NCBI GenBank assembly: GCA_951406725.2
Contig: OX597832.1
Span: 42,718,001 to 42,782,000, forward strand
DNA: 64,000 nucleotides
Direction: 5' to 3'
Origin: Octopus vulgaris
Taxonomy: Eukaryota
Shown one piece after another: positions 28,260 to 44,516 of this stretch. Position numbers and translations under genes: made by a program. Positions within the stretch are counted from its first letter, which is position 1. Each line of letters begins with the position of its first letter. The notes below the pieces were generated by a model. It was not told the origin of the DNA, searched no databases, and worked only from the letters and a program-made list of their open reading frames with translations.

Positions 28260-29087
28260 CGTTAGCATGTCGACCAAAATACTTAGCGGCATTTTGTCCA
28301 TCTGAGTTCAAATGTTCTGAGTTCAAATTCCGCCGAGGTCGGCTGTGCCTTTCATTCTTTCAGGACTGATAAATTAAGTACCAGTGAAACACTGGGGTCG
28401 ATGTAATCGACTAGTGTCCTCCCCACCAAATTTCAAGCATTGTGCCTATAGTAGGAAGGATTATTATGCAGCTAGCTGGCAGAATCGTTAGCACGCTGGA
28501 CAAAATGCTTAGCAGTATTTCTCCCGTCGCTATATTCTGAGTTCAAATTCCGTTGAGGTCGACTTTGTCTTTCATCCTCTTGGAGGTCAATAAAATAGGT
28601 ACTAGTTGTGTACTAGGATCGATGTAATCGACTCGACTCGTCCTCCAAAATTTCAGGCCTTGTGCCTATAGCAAAAAGGTTTCTCTCTCTTTTCTCTTTT
28701 TACTTGTTTCAGTCATTTTGACTGCGGCCATGCTGGTGCACCGCCTTTAATCGAGCAACTCGACCCCGGGACTTATTCTTTGTAAGCCCAGTACGTATTC
28801 TATCGGTCTCTTTTGCCGAACCGCTAAGTGACGGGGACATAAACACACCAGCATCGGTTGTCAAGCAATGCTAGGGGGACAAACACAGACACACAAACAT
28901 ACACGCACATACATATACACACATATATACGACGGGCTTCTTTCAGTTTCCGTCTACCAAATCCACTCACATGACTTTGGTCGGCCCGAGGCTATAGTAG
29001 AAGACACTTGCCCAAGGTTCCACGCAATAGGACTAAACCCGGAACCATGTGGCTGGTAAACAAGCTACTTACCACACAGCCACTCCA
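28260..29087. mobile_element. Two degenerate SINE A (+) followed by SINE B (-, about 28690-29087)
   Basis: Family-diagnostic modules. Confidence 0.85.
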
Positions 29088-29104
29088 TTATTTATTTTTA
29101 ACCT

Positions 29105-29430
29105 GCATTTTTGTTGCAATCTCTTGCCGAGTCACACCCAGCATCCTAGGGCGAATGAAGATAAGAGATGTTACGGTATGACTGGAAGCTTGGGGATGGG
29201 AAGTGGCAGTAGCGAAATAACAGACATTTAAATTGATAGGGTTTTTCTAAGGATGTGGGCAGTACTTGTCAGCACAATCTTTTGAATTTCTCTGAGACAT
29301 GGTTCTTCAAGATGTTTCTGACATTCTTTTTTTATTATACCAAGGTTAACAGCAACAGATCTCATTTTAAGATGCCACATCTTTTGTATTTCAGTTGCCA
29401 GGTCCTTATTACTGTCCAAGATATCCATGC
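29105..29430 (-). pseudogene. R4/Dong-clade (RLE) retrotransposon C-terminus and short 3' UTR, second subfamily
   Basis: KDLATEIQKMWHLK...LGIIKK...EIQKIVLTSTAHILRKTLSI* parallels 58020-58210, but the 3' UTR differs. Confidence 0.75.
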
Positions 29431-29949
29431 AGGCGGATTGAACTCTGTACCCCAGGACTCAATATTCGAAGTAATTTTTTGTCTGGAATTCTTACGATTT
29501 TGTCATTAGACCGAGATTAAGAAAATAAATGGTAATAATATTAAAAAACAACAAAAAACATTTCTAACGTTAATACGAGACACCTTCCATTAGTGAAGAA
29601 GGGCTGTTTTACATTAAATCGGCGAAGTGCAACAGATATATATATATATATTTTTTCTTTTGTCATAACCCAGAATATTTCTTTAGGACGATTAGATATA
29701 ACTAAAAATGAATGTTCATGCATAGATTTAAGTCAAACTACCACTTTGACAACTACTATAGTGTTTTCTAATTTCGGAACAAGGCCAGCAATTTTTAGGG
29801 GATAGGAGCAAGTCAATAACATAGACCCATTTCTTGACTTGTACTTTATTTTATCGACCCCGTAAAGAAGACAAACAAAAATGACCGCCGTGGGATTTGA
29901 ACTCAAAGAGATGGTAGAAATATTACATGGCAGTTTGTCCGACGCTCTA

Positions 29950-30125
29950 ACAGGAAGAAAAAGTGAGAGAAAGTTGGGGCGAAAGAGTACAACAGGGGTC
30001 ACCACCACCCCCTGCCGGAGCCTCGTGGAGCTTTAGGTGTTTTCGCTCAATAAACACACACACAACGCCCGGTCTGGGGATTCGAGACCGCGATCCTCCT
30101 AACCACTGGGCCATTGCGCCTCCAC
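29950..30125 (-). mobile_element. SINE E 5' part
   Basis: Matches 55915-56110 with an internal deletion. Confidence 0.85.
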
Positions 30126-30259
30126 TTTAAAGGACTCTTGAGGATGGGGCAGTGCTCGCAACATTTGCAGACGCTCTGAGCCCAGTAAGCTTGATGCCGT
30201 TAATCTTTCAACTAAACGATTACTAAATACTACAAGGCAGAAATTTTGTCCCGGCACTT

Positions 30260-30681
30260 ACTCTTTTACTCTTTTACTCTTTTACTTGTTTCAGTCATCT
30301 GACTGCGGCCATGCTGGAGCACCGCCTTTAGTCGAGCAAATCGACGACCCCGGGACTTATTCTTTGTAAGCCCAGTACTTATTCTATCGGTCTCTTTTGC
30401 CGAACCGCTAGGTGACGGGGACGTAAACACACCAGCATCGGTTGTCAAGCAATGCTAGGGAGACAAACACAGACACACAAACACATACACACACATATAT
30501 ATATATACATATATACGACAGGCTTCTTTCAGTTTCCGTCTACCAAATCCACTCACTAGGCATTGGTCGGCCCGGGGCTATAGCAGAGGACACACTTGCC
30601 CAAGATGCTACGCAGTGGGACTGAATCCGGAACCATGTGGTTGGTTAGCAAGCTACTTACCACACAGCCACTCCTGTGCCT
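30260..30681 (-). mobile_element. SINE B full length
   Basis: Head ggagtggctgtgtggtaag, B-box-like ggattcagtccc, internal (TA/TG)n, tail (gtaaaaga)n. Confidence 0.9.
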
Positions 30682-31439
30682 TGGAGTTTTTTTTTTGTCA
30701 ATTCACTGCTCTTTCTCAAAAAGAGAAAAAATACCAAAAATATATTGGAGTAGAAATAAAAATACAAATCATCACAGAAAAAAAAAATATTAAGCTTCCG
30801 GTTATAAAAGACGTAGAACCAAACGCAAAAAAAGATCATAAACAATAGAAACGTATAAAAAAACCCAAATAAAAAAACCCAACGAAATCACAAGTAACAA
30901 AATCTAATCACGACCTCCTCTTCCTTCTACTCACATTTCCATCAAGTTTATTGAGTTAAGATGAAAATGTGAGCCACATGGTAGTTTGGCTCTGACAATT
31001 TTACTCTGGCATTATTAGCTGTGGTTAAATGGCGGGTGGCAACGCTTATTTGGAGGGAAGGAGAGATTTTTGAACTTCAAATGGCCACCAAAAACTGTTC
31101 TGTAATTCCAAATGATTTTAACCGTTTGGACAGCGAAATTCTTGACTTTTGTTTATTGTTTTTGTTTTGTTTTAATTTTTTTTTATATTTCATGTTATTT
31201 TCTTTCAACATTTTATATTGTATCTCATTTTGTGTTTTTTTTTCTTTTCTTTCTGGAATTTTTGCGTCTCTGGTTATGCATACTTATTTTTTTTTTTGTA
31301 TTTGTTTACTTATTTGAATATAAATTTATATATATTTTTTTTAGTATTTTTTTTTCAATTCCCGGAAGTTGTTATCTATTTCCTGGTAAAACGGTTAGAA
31401 ATACGAAGCCGAAACTCGTTGATATTCGGGTAGAATTAT

Positions 31440-32300
<861 letters not shown>

Positions 32301-32773
32301 AATGGTCTTGCTGATGACGCTCGCGATCCTATATTTTTTTATTTTGTTGTTTGATGGTGATGGTGATGTTCTTATTTTTTGTTGATGTTGTTACAGTTAA
32401 TGATGTCGTTGTTTATTGTTGTTGTTCTTGTTCTTGTTGCCAGTGTTGTTGTTATTTATCGGTGCCACAAATATGCTTTGCTTACATCAACCAAACATGT
32501 GAAATTTTCCTCTCCGATGTAGGCAACTCTGCAGAGGGAGGGGGGGCTTTCGCTGACTCCCAACATAACTGACGACACAGAAAACGAAACATTAATTTGT
32601 GATCAATGTAAAAGGGAACACGATCCTGCACAAAAGTATTTGAATCCCATTCTGTGTGTGGTATGAGTCGTTTTGGCGCCATTTATTTGGTGTCGCTGAA
32701 TCAACGCTGACTTACTTGACAGCCGACGTTTTACGTTTCTGTCATTTTCTCCCCCTCCTTTCTTTCTTCCTTC

Positions 32774-32819
<46 letters not shown>

Positions 32820-33007
32820 GTCTCTCTTTTTTTTCTTCAAAAAATTGCATTCTTCCAGTTTTCTCCCTTTTTTTCATCCTTCTGTTCTTTGTCTTTGTTT
32901 CTTTCCTTCTCCCCTTTCTTCGATGCCATACAAGCCTACTTTTAAATTGCTGCTTCTGCTGCTGCTGTTGTTGTTGTTGTTGTTGTTGTAGCTGTTGTTG
33001 TTCCTGT

Positions 33008-33039
<32 letters not shown>

Positions 33040-33131
33040 CTGTTCTCGCTGCTATTACTGCGGGCAAGATTTAACAACACACTGAAACAGATACACGAAA
33101 TAAACGGCACAACAAAAAAACACACACAACA

Positions 33132-33167
<36 letters not shown>

Positions 33168-33355
33168 CAAATAGAAAAAAAACAAAAAGCAAAAGAAGTA
33201 TCGTGAGTAGCAGCAACAATAACAATAACAGCAGCAACAACAACAACAATGGCGATGACGTCGGGAATGGCAACAGTTAACACTTTTAATTTAATAATAA
33301 TTGCATCACTTTAGTACTATTAGCATGAGTATGTATATACGTGCATATATGCACA

Positions 33356-33398
<43 letters not shown>

Positions 33399-33452
33399 GT
33401 GTGTGTATATATACATGTATATATATGTATATATATATATAGCATGTATATA

Positions 33453-33514
<62 letters not shown>

Positions 33515-33552
33515 TATGAATATGTATATATATATATACATATATATATGAA

Positions 33553-33586
<34 letters not shown>

Positions 33587-34294
33587 CATATTCATATATA
33601 TGTACACACACATAAATATCTATGCTTGTGTGTATGTGTATATACATATATACATATACATATATATGTGTGTGTGTGTATATGCGTATGCATGTATCTG
33701 AATTTGCATATATTTGCATGTATTTGCATAAGTATACACCCACACATACAGACATATGTATGCATGTATGTATGTATGTATGTATGTATGTATGTATGTA
33801 TGTGTATATGTGTAAGTATCAGCGTGTATCTGCATTTGTGTATGTGCGTGCATGTACGTGCGTATGTGTGTATAGATATATTTCAAGTTAACATGTAGAT
33901 ACTTATCTCTCTCCTATCATAAACAACACACGTACACACTTATACACACGTGTATGTGCGTGTGCGTGACAGAGCTTCAGTGTGTCTGCGTATGAACGTG
34001 TGTGTGTGCGTGTGTGTATTATGGATGTAGAGAGGGTAGTTAAGTATCTGCATGTTCGCTTGAAATATATCCCGATGTCCTGAAGTAGAAGCGGTTTAGG
34101 TTTGCTTACTGAAAACATCTTCATTTTCTCGAATGGCAAGTATTAAATTTCATTGACAGGTGCGTAGAGGAGGCCATACGAGTGTTACATGTGATTAACT
34201 GAGTTATGACCAGTATTAACATTTGTGACAGTATCTCACGAAATATTTTAAGGCTTCATCAGTTTATACGTAAGGTGTTGTAGTCACCTTACGA

Positions 34295-34890
34295 ACAGCG
34301 AGCTCGCAGAATCGTTAGCACGCCGGGCGAAATGCTTAGCGGTATTTCGTCTGCCGCTACGTTCTGAGTTCAAATTCCACCAAGGTCGATTTTGCCTTTC
34401 ATCCTTTCGGGGACGATTAAATAAGTACCAGTTACGCACTGGGGTCGATATAATCAACTTAATCCGTTTGTTTGTCCTTGTTTGTCCCTTCTGTATTTAG
34501 CCCCTTGTAGGTAGTAAAGAAATAGGTATTTCGTCTGCCGTTACGTTCTGAGTTCAAATTCCGTCGGGGTCGACTTTACCTTTCATCATTTCGGGGTCGA
34601 TTAAATAAGTACCAGTTATGCACTGGAGTCGATATAATCGACTTAATCCGTTTGTCTGTCCTTGTTTGTCCCTTCTGTGTTTAGCCCCTTGTGGGTAGTA
34701 AAGAAATAGGTATTTCGTCTGTTTTTGTGTTCTGAGTTCAAATTCCGCCGAGGTCGACTTTGCCTTTCATCCTCCGGGGTCGATAAATTAAGTACCAGTC
34801 ATGCACTGGGGTCGATGTAATCGACTTAATCCCTTTGTCTGTCCTTGTTTGTCCCCTCTATGTTTAGCCCCCTGTGGGCAATAAAGAAAT
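34295..34890 (+). mobile_element. SINE A trimer, 184-bp period
   Basis: Junctions at 34525 and 34709. Degenerate flanking duplication taaggtgt(t/c)gta at 34271 and 34890. Confidence 0.9.
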
Positions 34891-36409
34891 AAGGTGTCGT
34901 ATTCCTTTAGTTATTTTGTCGATCCCCCGACATTCGTTATACTCTGAAGTAAAATTTGTTGTTATTGTTGGTGGTTGTGGTGATGTTCGAGTTGTTAGTG
35001 TGTCGGACAGAATGCCTTGCGGTATTTTTGTCGGCCCTTTACCCGCTGAATCCAACAAATCCCGTCGACAGCAACTTTGTCTTGCATTCTATCGTGGTTG
35101 ATAAATTTAAACTATGGTTGTAGATCAGCAGATCAGCAGGGCCATTAGAGCATCTGATAGGCTGATGGTGACGATTGGGCGTGGCTGTTTGGATGCTGGC
35201 AACAACAACCATAGTAAAAGAAAGAGGCACTTCTTGTAATCCCTTAACCCTTTTCGAAATAGCGGTTAAAAACCCATCTAATCGCACCGTACTGCCTTAA
35301 AAATTTAATGGCCGACATTATCAGATGATGTAGCCCCAGATAACATATGCTTTGAAAAGATGTGATCACGGCTAGAATGCATTTTATAATTTTATCATCG
35401 ATGAGCGATGGCTAGAAGGATATTGAGCTTTATTTGGTAACCAGCTGATCTAGCAAGCGGGGCCCCATATCAGTGAGGGGGAGGGGCCGGTGCGCATTGA
35501 TGCCGTCGAAAGGTAGGCCCCGAAACGTTGCACATTCTCTCCTGATGACCCCATACACTTGATGGCTTCCGGTATACGGAGTTATTGACTGGTAGCACTT
35601 GCATGTGCAAGTTGTTTGTAGACATCATAGGGTTTGGCGATCGGGCTTAACCCGAGGCTAAAATTCCTCAACAGTAATAACAACAATTCAATGTAAAGCT
35701 GGCACTTGTTTTATTGTTTTGACACTTGGATTCATTGAAACTAGAAGTGTCACTTCCGATCAAGCAGACTTGTGGACAAAAAGTCCTTAGAATGAATAGT
35801 AAAAATACAAAAATTCAGCAAAGGGAAATAACTCAAAAACGCACGCCATGGATTACGGCAAACCAAAAATGTATGAATGTATTCTATGACGTAACGGAAA
35901 AAATTTAATAAATTAAAATTTTCGTTTTAGCTGGATATAATAATTACAAAAAAAAAAATAAAATAACCCTAGCGGCATTCAGTAGAGACTAACAAAGAAA
36001 AGGGGAGAAAACTTAAGCAGAAAATTAAGAATTAATGTAAACTAAAACAAAGATATAAAAAATTTAAATTCTCATGCTGAAGGGGAAAGTCTTAAAATGA
36101 ATACGGTTGAGCCCGTTTCACATAATTGCTAAATCTAATCAGATTAACGTAAGCTTTTAAGGAAGAAATAAAAAGAATATATATATATATATATATATAT
36201 AATAAAATTTTGAAGAGAAATAACAAGACGTCTCTAATAAAACGAAATACTATATGATATTTGGAGCGAGATTAAAATGTGGCGCCTGTATTAAAGCGAG
36301 CAATTACCAGCATAATTATTCTTCAAGACAGCAACAGCAACAGCAGCAGCAGCAACAACAACTACAACAACAACTACTACTACTACTAGTATTACCACCA
36401 CCACCACCG

Positions 36410-36454
<45 letters not shown>

Positions 36455-36481
36455 TTACAACCACCACCACTACCACCACCG

Positions 36482-36545
<64 letters not shown>

Positions 36546-36742
36546 CACTACCACTACAATTACCACCACCACCACCACCACCACCACCACCACCACCACC
36601 ACTACTACCACCACCACCATTACTACTACTGCTGCTGCTGCTACTACTACTACTACTACTACTACTTCAGAAGAAAGTGGTTTTCACATTGGCACTAACG
36701 TACCTGGGAAATTGTTTAGTTGTCTCTGTTATTGTTATTATT

Positions 36743-36777
<35 letters not shown>

Positions 36778-36994
36778 AATTGTTGTTGTTCATATTGTGG
36801 CTGATGTATCGGTATACGTTTGATCAAAAGCATTCAGGCCGTACCTACGATTTCTGTATTTGCATATCTAAGACGACGCTCCACGATATGTCCTTCCTTC
36901 TTAAAACGATAATGTGAGATGTGAGTGAGATTCGGCTGCTTTTTCTAGCACGTCCAAATCACTCCTGAAAAAAAAAAAAAAATATATATATACA

Positions 36995-37155
36995 CATGAC
37001 GGAATTTTTTCAGTTTCCGCTTTCCAAATTCATTCACAAAGCGTTGGTCGGCCCGGAGCTATAGTAGAGGACATTTGCCCAAGATGTCACACGGAGGCCC
37101 TGAACCCAGAACCATGTGCTTGGGAAGCAAGCTTGTTACCACACACCCACGCCTC
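36995..37155 (-). mobile_element. SINE B 5' part, degenerate
   Basis: Matches head of family B. Confidence 0.75.
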
Positions 37156-37617
37156 ACAGATTAGTTTAACAAACGACGCCTATGAATACTTCTGAGAGAG
37201 AGAGAGGGGGAGAGGAGTAAGAGAGACAGAATGAGAGATAGAGAGAGGAGAGAGACAGAATAAAAGGAGAGATAGAGAGAGGGGGGGATGATGGAGAATG
37301 AGAGAGAAAGAAAGATTAAGGGGTAAAACTGAATTGACGCTAGTATTTATTTCACTGGTAAATGCCGCTGATTTTCCACTTTATTTATTGACTCCAAAAG
37401 AGCAAAAGACAGAGTTATGAGCGGCGAGATTTGTACTGAGATTGTACGAGAGCCAGACCGAATGCCACGAGGTATCCGACTCTCTCATGATTCTACTAAT
37501 TCGCCGCCTATAATCCTGTTATGGGATTATGATACTTATTCCATCCAGTAACTAAATAACAAAGTAGTTAACCCATTTCAACCATGCTGTGATCTCGATA
37601 TAATTAATCTCTCTCTC

Positions 37618-38031
37618 TCTTTTTACTTGTTTCAGTCATTTTGACTACGGCGGCCATGTTGGAGCACCGCCTTTAATCGAGCAACTCGACCCCGGTACTT
37701 ATTCTTTTGTAAGCCCAGTACTTATTCTATCGGTTTCTTTTGCCGAACCGCTAAGTGACGGCGACGTAAACACACCAGGATCGGTTGTCAAGCAATGCTA
37801 GGGGGACAAACACGGACACACAAACATATACACACACATACATATACATATATATATATACATATATACGACAGGCTTCTTTCAGTTTCCGTCTACCAAA
37901 TCCACTCACAAGGCTTTGGTCGGCCCGAGGCTATAGTAGAAGACACTTGCCCAAGGTGCCACGCAGTGGGATTGAACCCGGAACCATGTGGTTGGTAAAC
38001 AAGCTACTTACCACAGAGCCACTCCTGCGCC

Positions 38032-38032
<1 letters not shown>
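37618..38032 (-). mobile_element. SINE B full length
   Basis: Head aggcgcaggagtggct, B-box gggttcaatccc, accttgggcaagtg, internal microsatellite. Confidence 0.9.
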
Positions 38033-38088
<56 letters not shown>

Positions 38089-38108
38089 CAACAACAACGA
38101 TGATGATG

Positions 38109-38793
<685 letters not shown>

Positions 38794-39245
38794 ATAATAA
38801 TAATAATAGTAATAATAATAAAGAAAATTATATAACCGACCTAATTGTATCTTTCAAACATTTTTTCCATCAATTTACTCGTTATATTTCCTCATTTTGA
38901 AATACTAGTCCAACTCTAATCTAGGTTTAAAAAGAAGCCTTGTGAATTATAGACGAAGATTTACAGTTTAAGTAATTAATTCCTTTGCCTGTTTGATACT
39001 TTTCCAAATGGGTGCTGTTGGCATATTGCGTTCTATTTAAAATTATTCAAATATGTTTGTGGATAATGTATATATATATATGCGTTACATATGTATGCAT
39101 AAATAAGTATAATTACATACATTCATACATACAAACATGCATGCATACAAACATGCATGCATGCATACATACATACATACATACATACATACATACATAC
39201 ATACATACATACATACAGACAGACAGACAGACAGACAGACATATA

Positions 39246-39998
39246 CTGGGGTTGGACAAAATAATGAAAACGCCTTAAGATTTCAAACAAATTTATTTTA
39301 ATATGGGGTAGGGCCGCCTTTGACAGAAATTACAGTTTGAATCCTACGGTGTTTGGACACGTACAAAGTTTGAATTGTTTCGAAAGGAATGTTTGTCCAT
39401 TCCTCAGCTAAAACAGATTCCAGTTCTTGTTGTGATGAAGTTGGAGGATATCGACTCCTTAGTTGTTTTCCTAAAATGCACAATAAATGTTCAATAATAT
39501 TAATATTTAGGGACTGTAATGGCTAGATAAGATGTTCAACTTCACTAGAATGTTTCCTAGTGCCATTCAGTAACAACTTTAGCTGTGTGAGTTGGTGCAT
39601 TATCATCCTGAAAGATTGCGTTTCCCTTCGGAAACAGGTCCGCAACCATAGGATGAATTTGATGAGATAAAATGCTTAAATAGTCTTGACTATTAATTCT
39701 ACCATGAAGGAAAACCATTGGGCCAGCGGACTTCCAAGATATAGCGCAGCCCCCACACCATGTTTAACAGTTGGAAGAAGGCTGTCTGGGTCAAATACTT
39801 CTTTTGGCTGTCTCCACACATATACTCAGCAGGTGGTTGGAAACAAGGTAAAGGATGACTCATCAGAGAAAATAACATTCTTCCACTGCTCTAGGGACCA
39901 ATTCTGTAGGTTTTTACTCGACTCTAATTGGTTTGCAACGTGTTTTTGAAAGTTGTGGTCTTCTGATTGTAGCCTTCTCGTGAAATCCGGCCTTGTGC

Positions 39999-40000
<2 letters not shown>
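39246..40000 (-). pseudogene. Tc1 (DD34E-type) transposase remnant with right terminus
   Basis: WKNVIFSDES, LLPTVKHG, IFQDDNAPTH, NIIEHL, KGGPTPY* motifs with stops and frameshifts. TA-flanked terminus at 39244-39270. Confidence 0.92.
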
Positions 40001-40044
<44 letters not shown>

Positions 40045-40047
<3 letters not shown>

Positions 40048-40176
40048 AGATAAGCCACCTATACCAGGACACAACTCACTCCTAACTTAATAGCACCTAT
40101 CAGGTGGTGCTATTAAGTTAGACATGGAATGGACCAATCTTTGGGTCAAAACATATCTATTTTTTATCTAAGTTTA
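40045..40176 (+). mobile_element. Second CR1-group LINE 3' fragment, rearranged
   Basis: Matches 8563-8600 and 8699-8774. Confidence 0.8.
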
Positions 40177-40244
40177 TTTATATGTATGTATAGATCATTA
40201 GCTCCTACACGCATTTTTTCTCTCCTCTGTTTCTTTTCCGTGTA

Positions 40245-40282
40245 TCTTTCTGTTGAAGAGCGTAGGCTCGAAACGTAAAAGA
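40245..40282 (+). ncRNA. Minimal hammerhead-like motif, family H2 (CUGUUGA core), in an element of about 40207-40380
   Basis: tcttt-CTGTTGA-A-gagc(gtag)gctc-GAAAC-GTA-aaaga. Perfect 5-bp stem I and 4-bp stem II, palindromic ACGT at stem III. Confidence 0.8.
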
Positions 40283-40378
40283 CTTGTTCTATTTCTATTC
40301 CTGAGCGCCATACTAATACATTTGTTTGTTTGTACTCCACCTACCTTCGTCTTTTGTTTATTTTCGTAAACCTTCCCG

Positions 40379-40465
<87 letters not shown>

Positions 40466-41485
40466 TGTGTGTGTGTGCGTGTGTGTGTGTGTGCGTACGT
40501 GTGTGTGTGTGATTAAAGTAAAAATGAAAAGGCAAAGTGTTTGGCATTATTTGAAAAAGAATTAATTCCGAGAGAGACTATAGATCTACAGGGTCTCTTA
40601 GAGCTGTTTCTACAATAGCCAAGCATGTAAATCCCCATATTGAATAAGGATACCATAGGCTGAGTATTTCCTCAGAAGTGAGGGAGAATTCAGTGAGATG
40701 TAAAAGCGAAGGAAAGTTCTCACTCGAAGATTGTAGAGTATTCCAGTTTGCCAAGAATGAGGGATCGATCAGATTAAAATACGAATACGTTAGGTAGATT
40801 CATGAAAAATACAGCTACGTGTAATATCCAATAGCAGCTTTAAATGAGAATGTTCGATGGTAATCTATAGTTCCGGCTTTGGGTAGTGGTTCGGTGAAAG
40901 AGACCAAAATAAAAAGTACTGGGATCGATTCGTTCGTCTAAAAAATCTTCTAGACGGCTTCCTAGCATGGCCGCAGTCTAATGACTGAAAGAAATGAAGA
41001 AGAGAGATAAAAGATAAAATAACGAACACCTTAAGCAAGTATCGAACATCTTAGACCATTTGGTTTTAGTCGACCTTGGCATTCCCCTGTTTAGTTTTTC
41101 TCTCCGGAGACGGACAAACACGGGAAGCATTACGTTTATCTCGCTCCTTAAACTGCTAACGAACTTTTATGTTCTAAGCCGCCATAAAAATAGAATGACT
41201 AAATCAGCCTAAAAGATCTGTTTTACCCCTAGGGGAAAAAGTGCAAGAACGAAAAACAAAAGCAATAACATACGACTGTATGAAACCACGCGCGCGCTCA
41301 CACACACACACGCAGACACACACACAGACAGACATGGCAGTTCCTTAATTCTTTTTTTCAAATTCTATTAAAAAAATAATTAAATGTAATAATAATCGTT
41401 TACATGTCAGTAAAAATCTAATGTTTCTGTTCACAAGATATTCCTCACTGAAATAGAATGACAGTGATTGAGTGAATGTGTGTGT

Positions 41486-41542
<57 letters not shown>

Positions 41543-41904
41543 GGAGAGAGAGAGAGACAAGAGGGAGAGAGACAGAAAGGGTCAGAGAGAGATTAAATGA
41601 TTTAGAGAGTGAGTGACTGAATGCTTTGTGAGTGTGCGGGAGAGAGATAGAAATGCATGAAGGAAGAGAATGTAGGAAGCACACACACACACACACACTC
41701 ACACATATATATAGACATAAATGTATATATATATATATATATGTATATATATACATATATATGTATGTATATATATATACATACATACACATATATATAT
41801 ACATATATATGTATATATATATGCATGCAAATATGTATGTATATATATATATGTATAAACACACAAAGACACACACACACACATATATACATATACTCAG
41901 ATTG

Positions 41905-41950
<46 letters not shown>

Positions 41951-42482
41951 TAGCTCAGTAATTACCGAAATAATGGTCCTGAACTCAATCATAAGACGTA
42001 ACTATCTATTTTAGGTTTATAATTGAAAATTTATTCGCAAAAATAGCGACTACTACTAATAAGTCAAAGAAATGAACTAATTAAAATAAATAAAAAAAAA
42101 TGAAAGGAGAGACATTTTCTTGATTTAAAATTCTATACAGCTAATTCGGAACGAAAACTTTCATCATTTAGTGATTACTAGATTAAAAACGTAATTGCAT
42201 TAGCAGTAATTTGCAAAACAAAAGGAAAAACAGCGAGAAAAATATAATTAAATATATGAAATATTCAAACAACTACCAAAAACAAAAGTTTGATAAATCA
42301 TTATTATTATCATGTAATTATATTTGTAGACAGAATTAAGGGTTCTTAGTTCTTAGTTGTCGAGGAACAAATAATGAAGTCTGTAGGAAACAGTTTTGAG
42401 GCTGGTTCCAAATAGTTGGTTCAAGACTGGATCTGAAAAGATCTTGTATACGCGGTATCAAAAAAATAATATAGGAAAGAGG

Positions 42483-42532
<50 letters not shown>

Positions 42533-42715
42533 CACAGATAGACTGAAAGATAGATAGATGGATAGAAGGATAGATGGATAGATAGCTAGATAGATGGATG
42601 GATAGATAGCTAGATAAATAGATAGATGGATAGATAGATAGATAGATAGATAGATAGTTAGATAGATATATAGATAGATAGATAGACAGACAAACAGACA
42701 GACAGATACACAGAC

Positions 42716-42787
<72 letters not shown>

Positions 42788-43275
42788 GCATAGATAGACA
42801 GAAGGAGACAGAAAGAGAAAGAGAGAGAGCGAGAGAGCAGTATCCATAGATCATAATTCGGAACTTGCTCTTGGGGTTACCAAATTGATGCGGTTGACAA
42901 CAATCTTGTTTGAAAACCGGTAGGTTGGTGTCACTAGAAAAATTTCCGGTTAGATCTGGTCTTGGGAAACCTAAATCTTGACCAGAGTTAGCTAGATCAA
43001 ATGTCAAGAAACATATTTGTTGTGTTAAACTAAACCTCAAATACATCTTCCAAGAAACTGAATGCATCTTACAACAGGCTTCTACAGCTACCGTCTGCCA
43101 TTTCACTCACAGAAGTCAATGTGCACGATTTTTTCCTAAGCCATCACACAGTGTGTTTAAATCCAAGGCATGTAGTCGGGATACAGTCTTTTTAACTACA
43201 CATTTCCTTGTTGAACTTTGAATTCCATCTCTCAATGAGTCGATATAAAACAATATATATTATAAATGTACCGTA

Positions 43276-43585
43276 AGGCGGCGAACTGCTTAGTGGCATT
43301 TCGTCCGTCTTGATGTTCTGAGTTCAAATTCCGCCGAGGCCGACTTTGCCCTTCATCCTTTCGAGGTCGATGAAACAAGTATCAGTCAAGCATTGGGGTC
43401 GATGTAATTGACTATTTCGCCGAAATTGCTGGCATTGTGCCTATAGCAGAAAAGGGTTACAAATGTACTGAAGTAAAGCGTGGAGCTGGCAGAGTCGTTA
43501 GCACGCCGGCCGAAATACTTGGCGGCATTTCGCCCGTTTCTACGTTCTGAGTTCTAATTCCGCCGAGATCGACTCTGCCTTTCAA
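43276..43585 (+). mobile_element. Two degenerate SINE A copies
   Basis: Family A modules. Confidence 0.8.
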
Positions 43586-44468
43586 TTATGAATGTACTGT
43601 AGTCGATGCAATTGTATTTATTCCTAACCTACCTCGTTCCATGAACATTTTAAAATCATTATTCCACAGTGCTAAATCGATATATTTATTAGTGTCATTC
43701 AGTACTTATAACATAAGTTTACAGTTGTAAAAGGTTTTATATAAATCTTGTTTAATCAATGGAACAAGAAAGTTACTAAAACTACTACTCACTTTGGTAC
43801 CACGCCACCCATTCCTTTTCTCTACCCATCTCTTAATGCAGCCCTATCACATCACCCCTACTCACATATCACACACTTATTCAATTCTTACCTTCTCAAC
43901 TCTTCCTATAGACCCCTCCCCACTCCTCTCCCATACCCCACTCACATTATCTTGACCACCCGTTACACTCCTTTTCTCACTTCTTTCACCGTTTCTTCAC
44001 TCCTTTCACTCCTCTTCGCTTTTATTTTATTTTTTGTTATTGTTTTTACTTATTTCTCCCCTTTCTTCTTTTTTCTCTTTCTTCCTATCACTTTCTCTTC
44101 CTGTCTTCATTTTGACCTATCTCCTCATTCTAATCATACACATCCCCCCCCACCCCATCTATCCACAAATACAACCAAAACATTCTCAAAATTTCATTCA
44201 CACCACAAAACTTCACAGAATCCACGGTTCCATACTTTGATGTGACTAAACATGAACTACTAGTGAATCTTACATACCGTGTTCAGGAAACTTCTTTAAT
44301 ATTTCTATACACCACTTCACTCGAATAATGGAAATAGAACTACAATATTATAAGTTTTATTTCTACTGTCATTCTTTTATTTTCCTCTATATTCCCTATC
44401 TCCTCCTTTTCTATAATAATTCCTTATTTCGAACTCAAATATTTACCTCTGTTTAACCATCTCACATC

Positions 44469-44516
44469 GTCTCTGATGAAGGGATATCCATAATATTCCA
44501 GAAACATCTGTTAGAC
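44469..44516 (+). ncRNA. Minimal type I hammerhead motif, family H4 (canonical core)
   Basis: gtct-CTGATGA-A-gggatat(ccata)atattcc-A-GAAA-catctg-TT-agac. Stem I 4 bp, stem II 7 bp with one G-U, near-palindromic stem III (one change from acagctgt). Confidence 0.8.

Noticed and set aside
35458-35535. ggggcc...ggcccc-GAAACGTT-gcac resembling the 3' half of a hammerhead
   Set aside because: No CUGANGA-like core adjacent to the stem; more likely a GGGCCC-rich repeat fragment.
42336-43106. 256-aa minus-strand ORF with non-repetitive ends; possible exons near 42845-42991 and 42355-42432
   Set aside because: The length comes from a (TATC)n tract. No recognisable domain, and only weak splice donors; it cannot be supported without RNA data.
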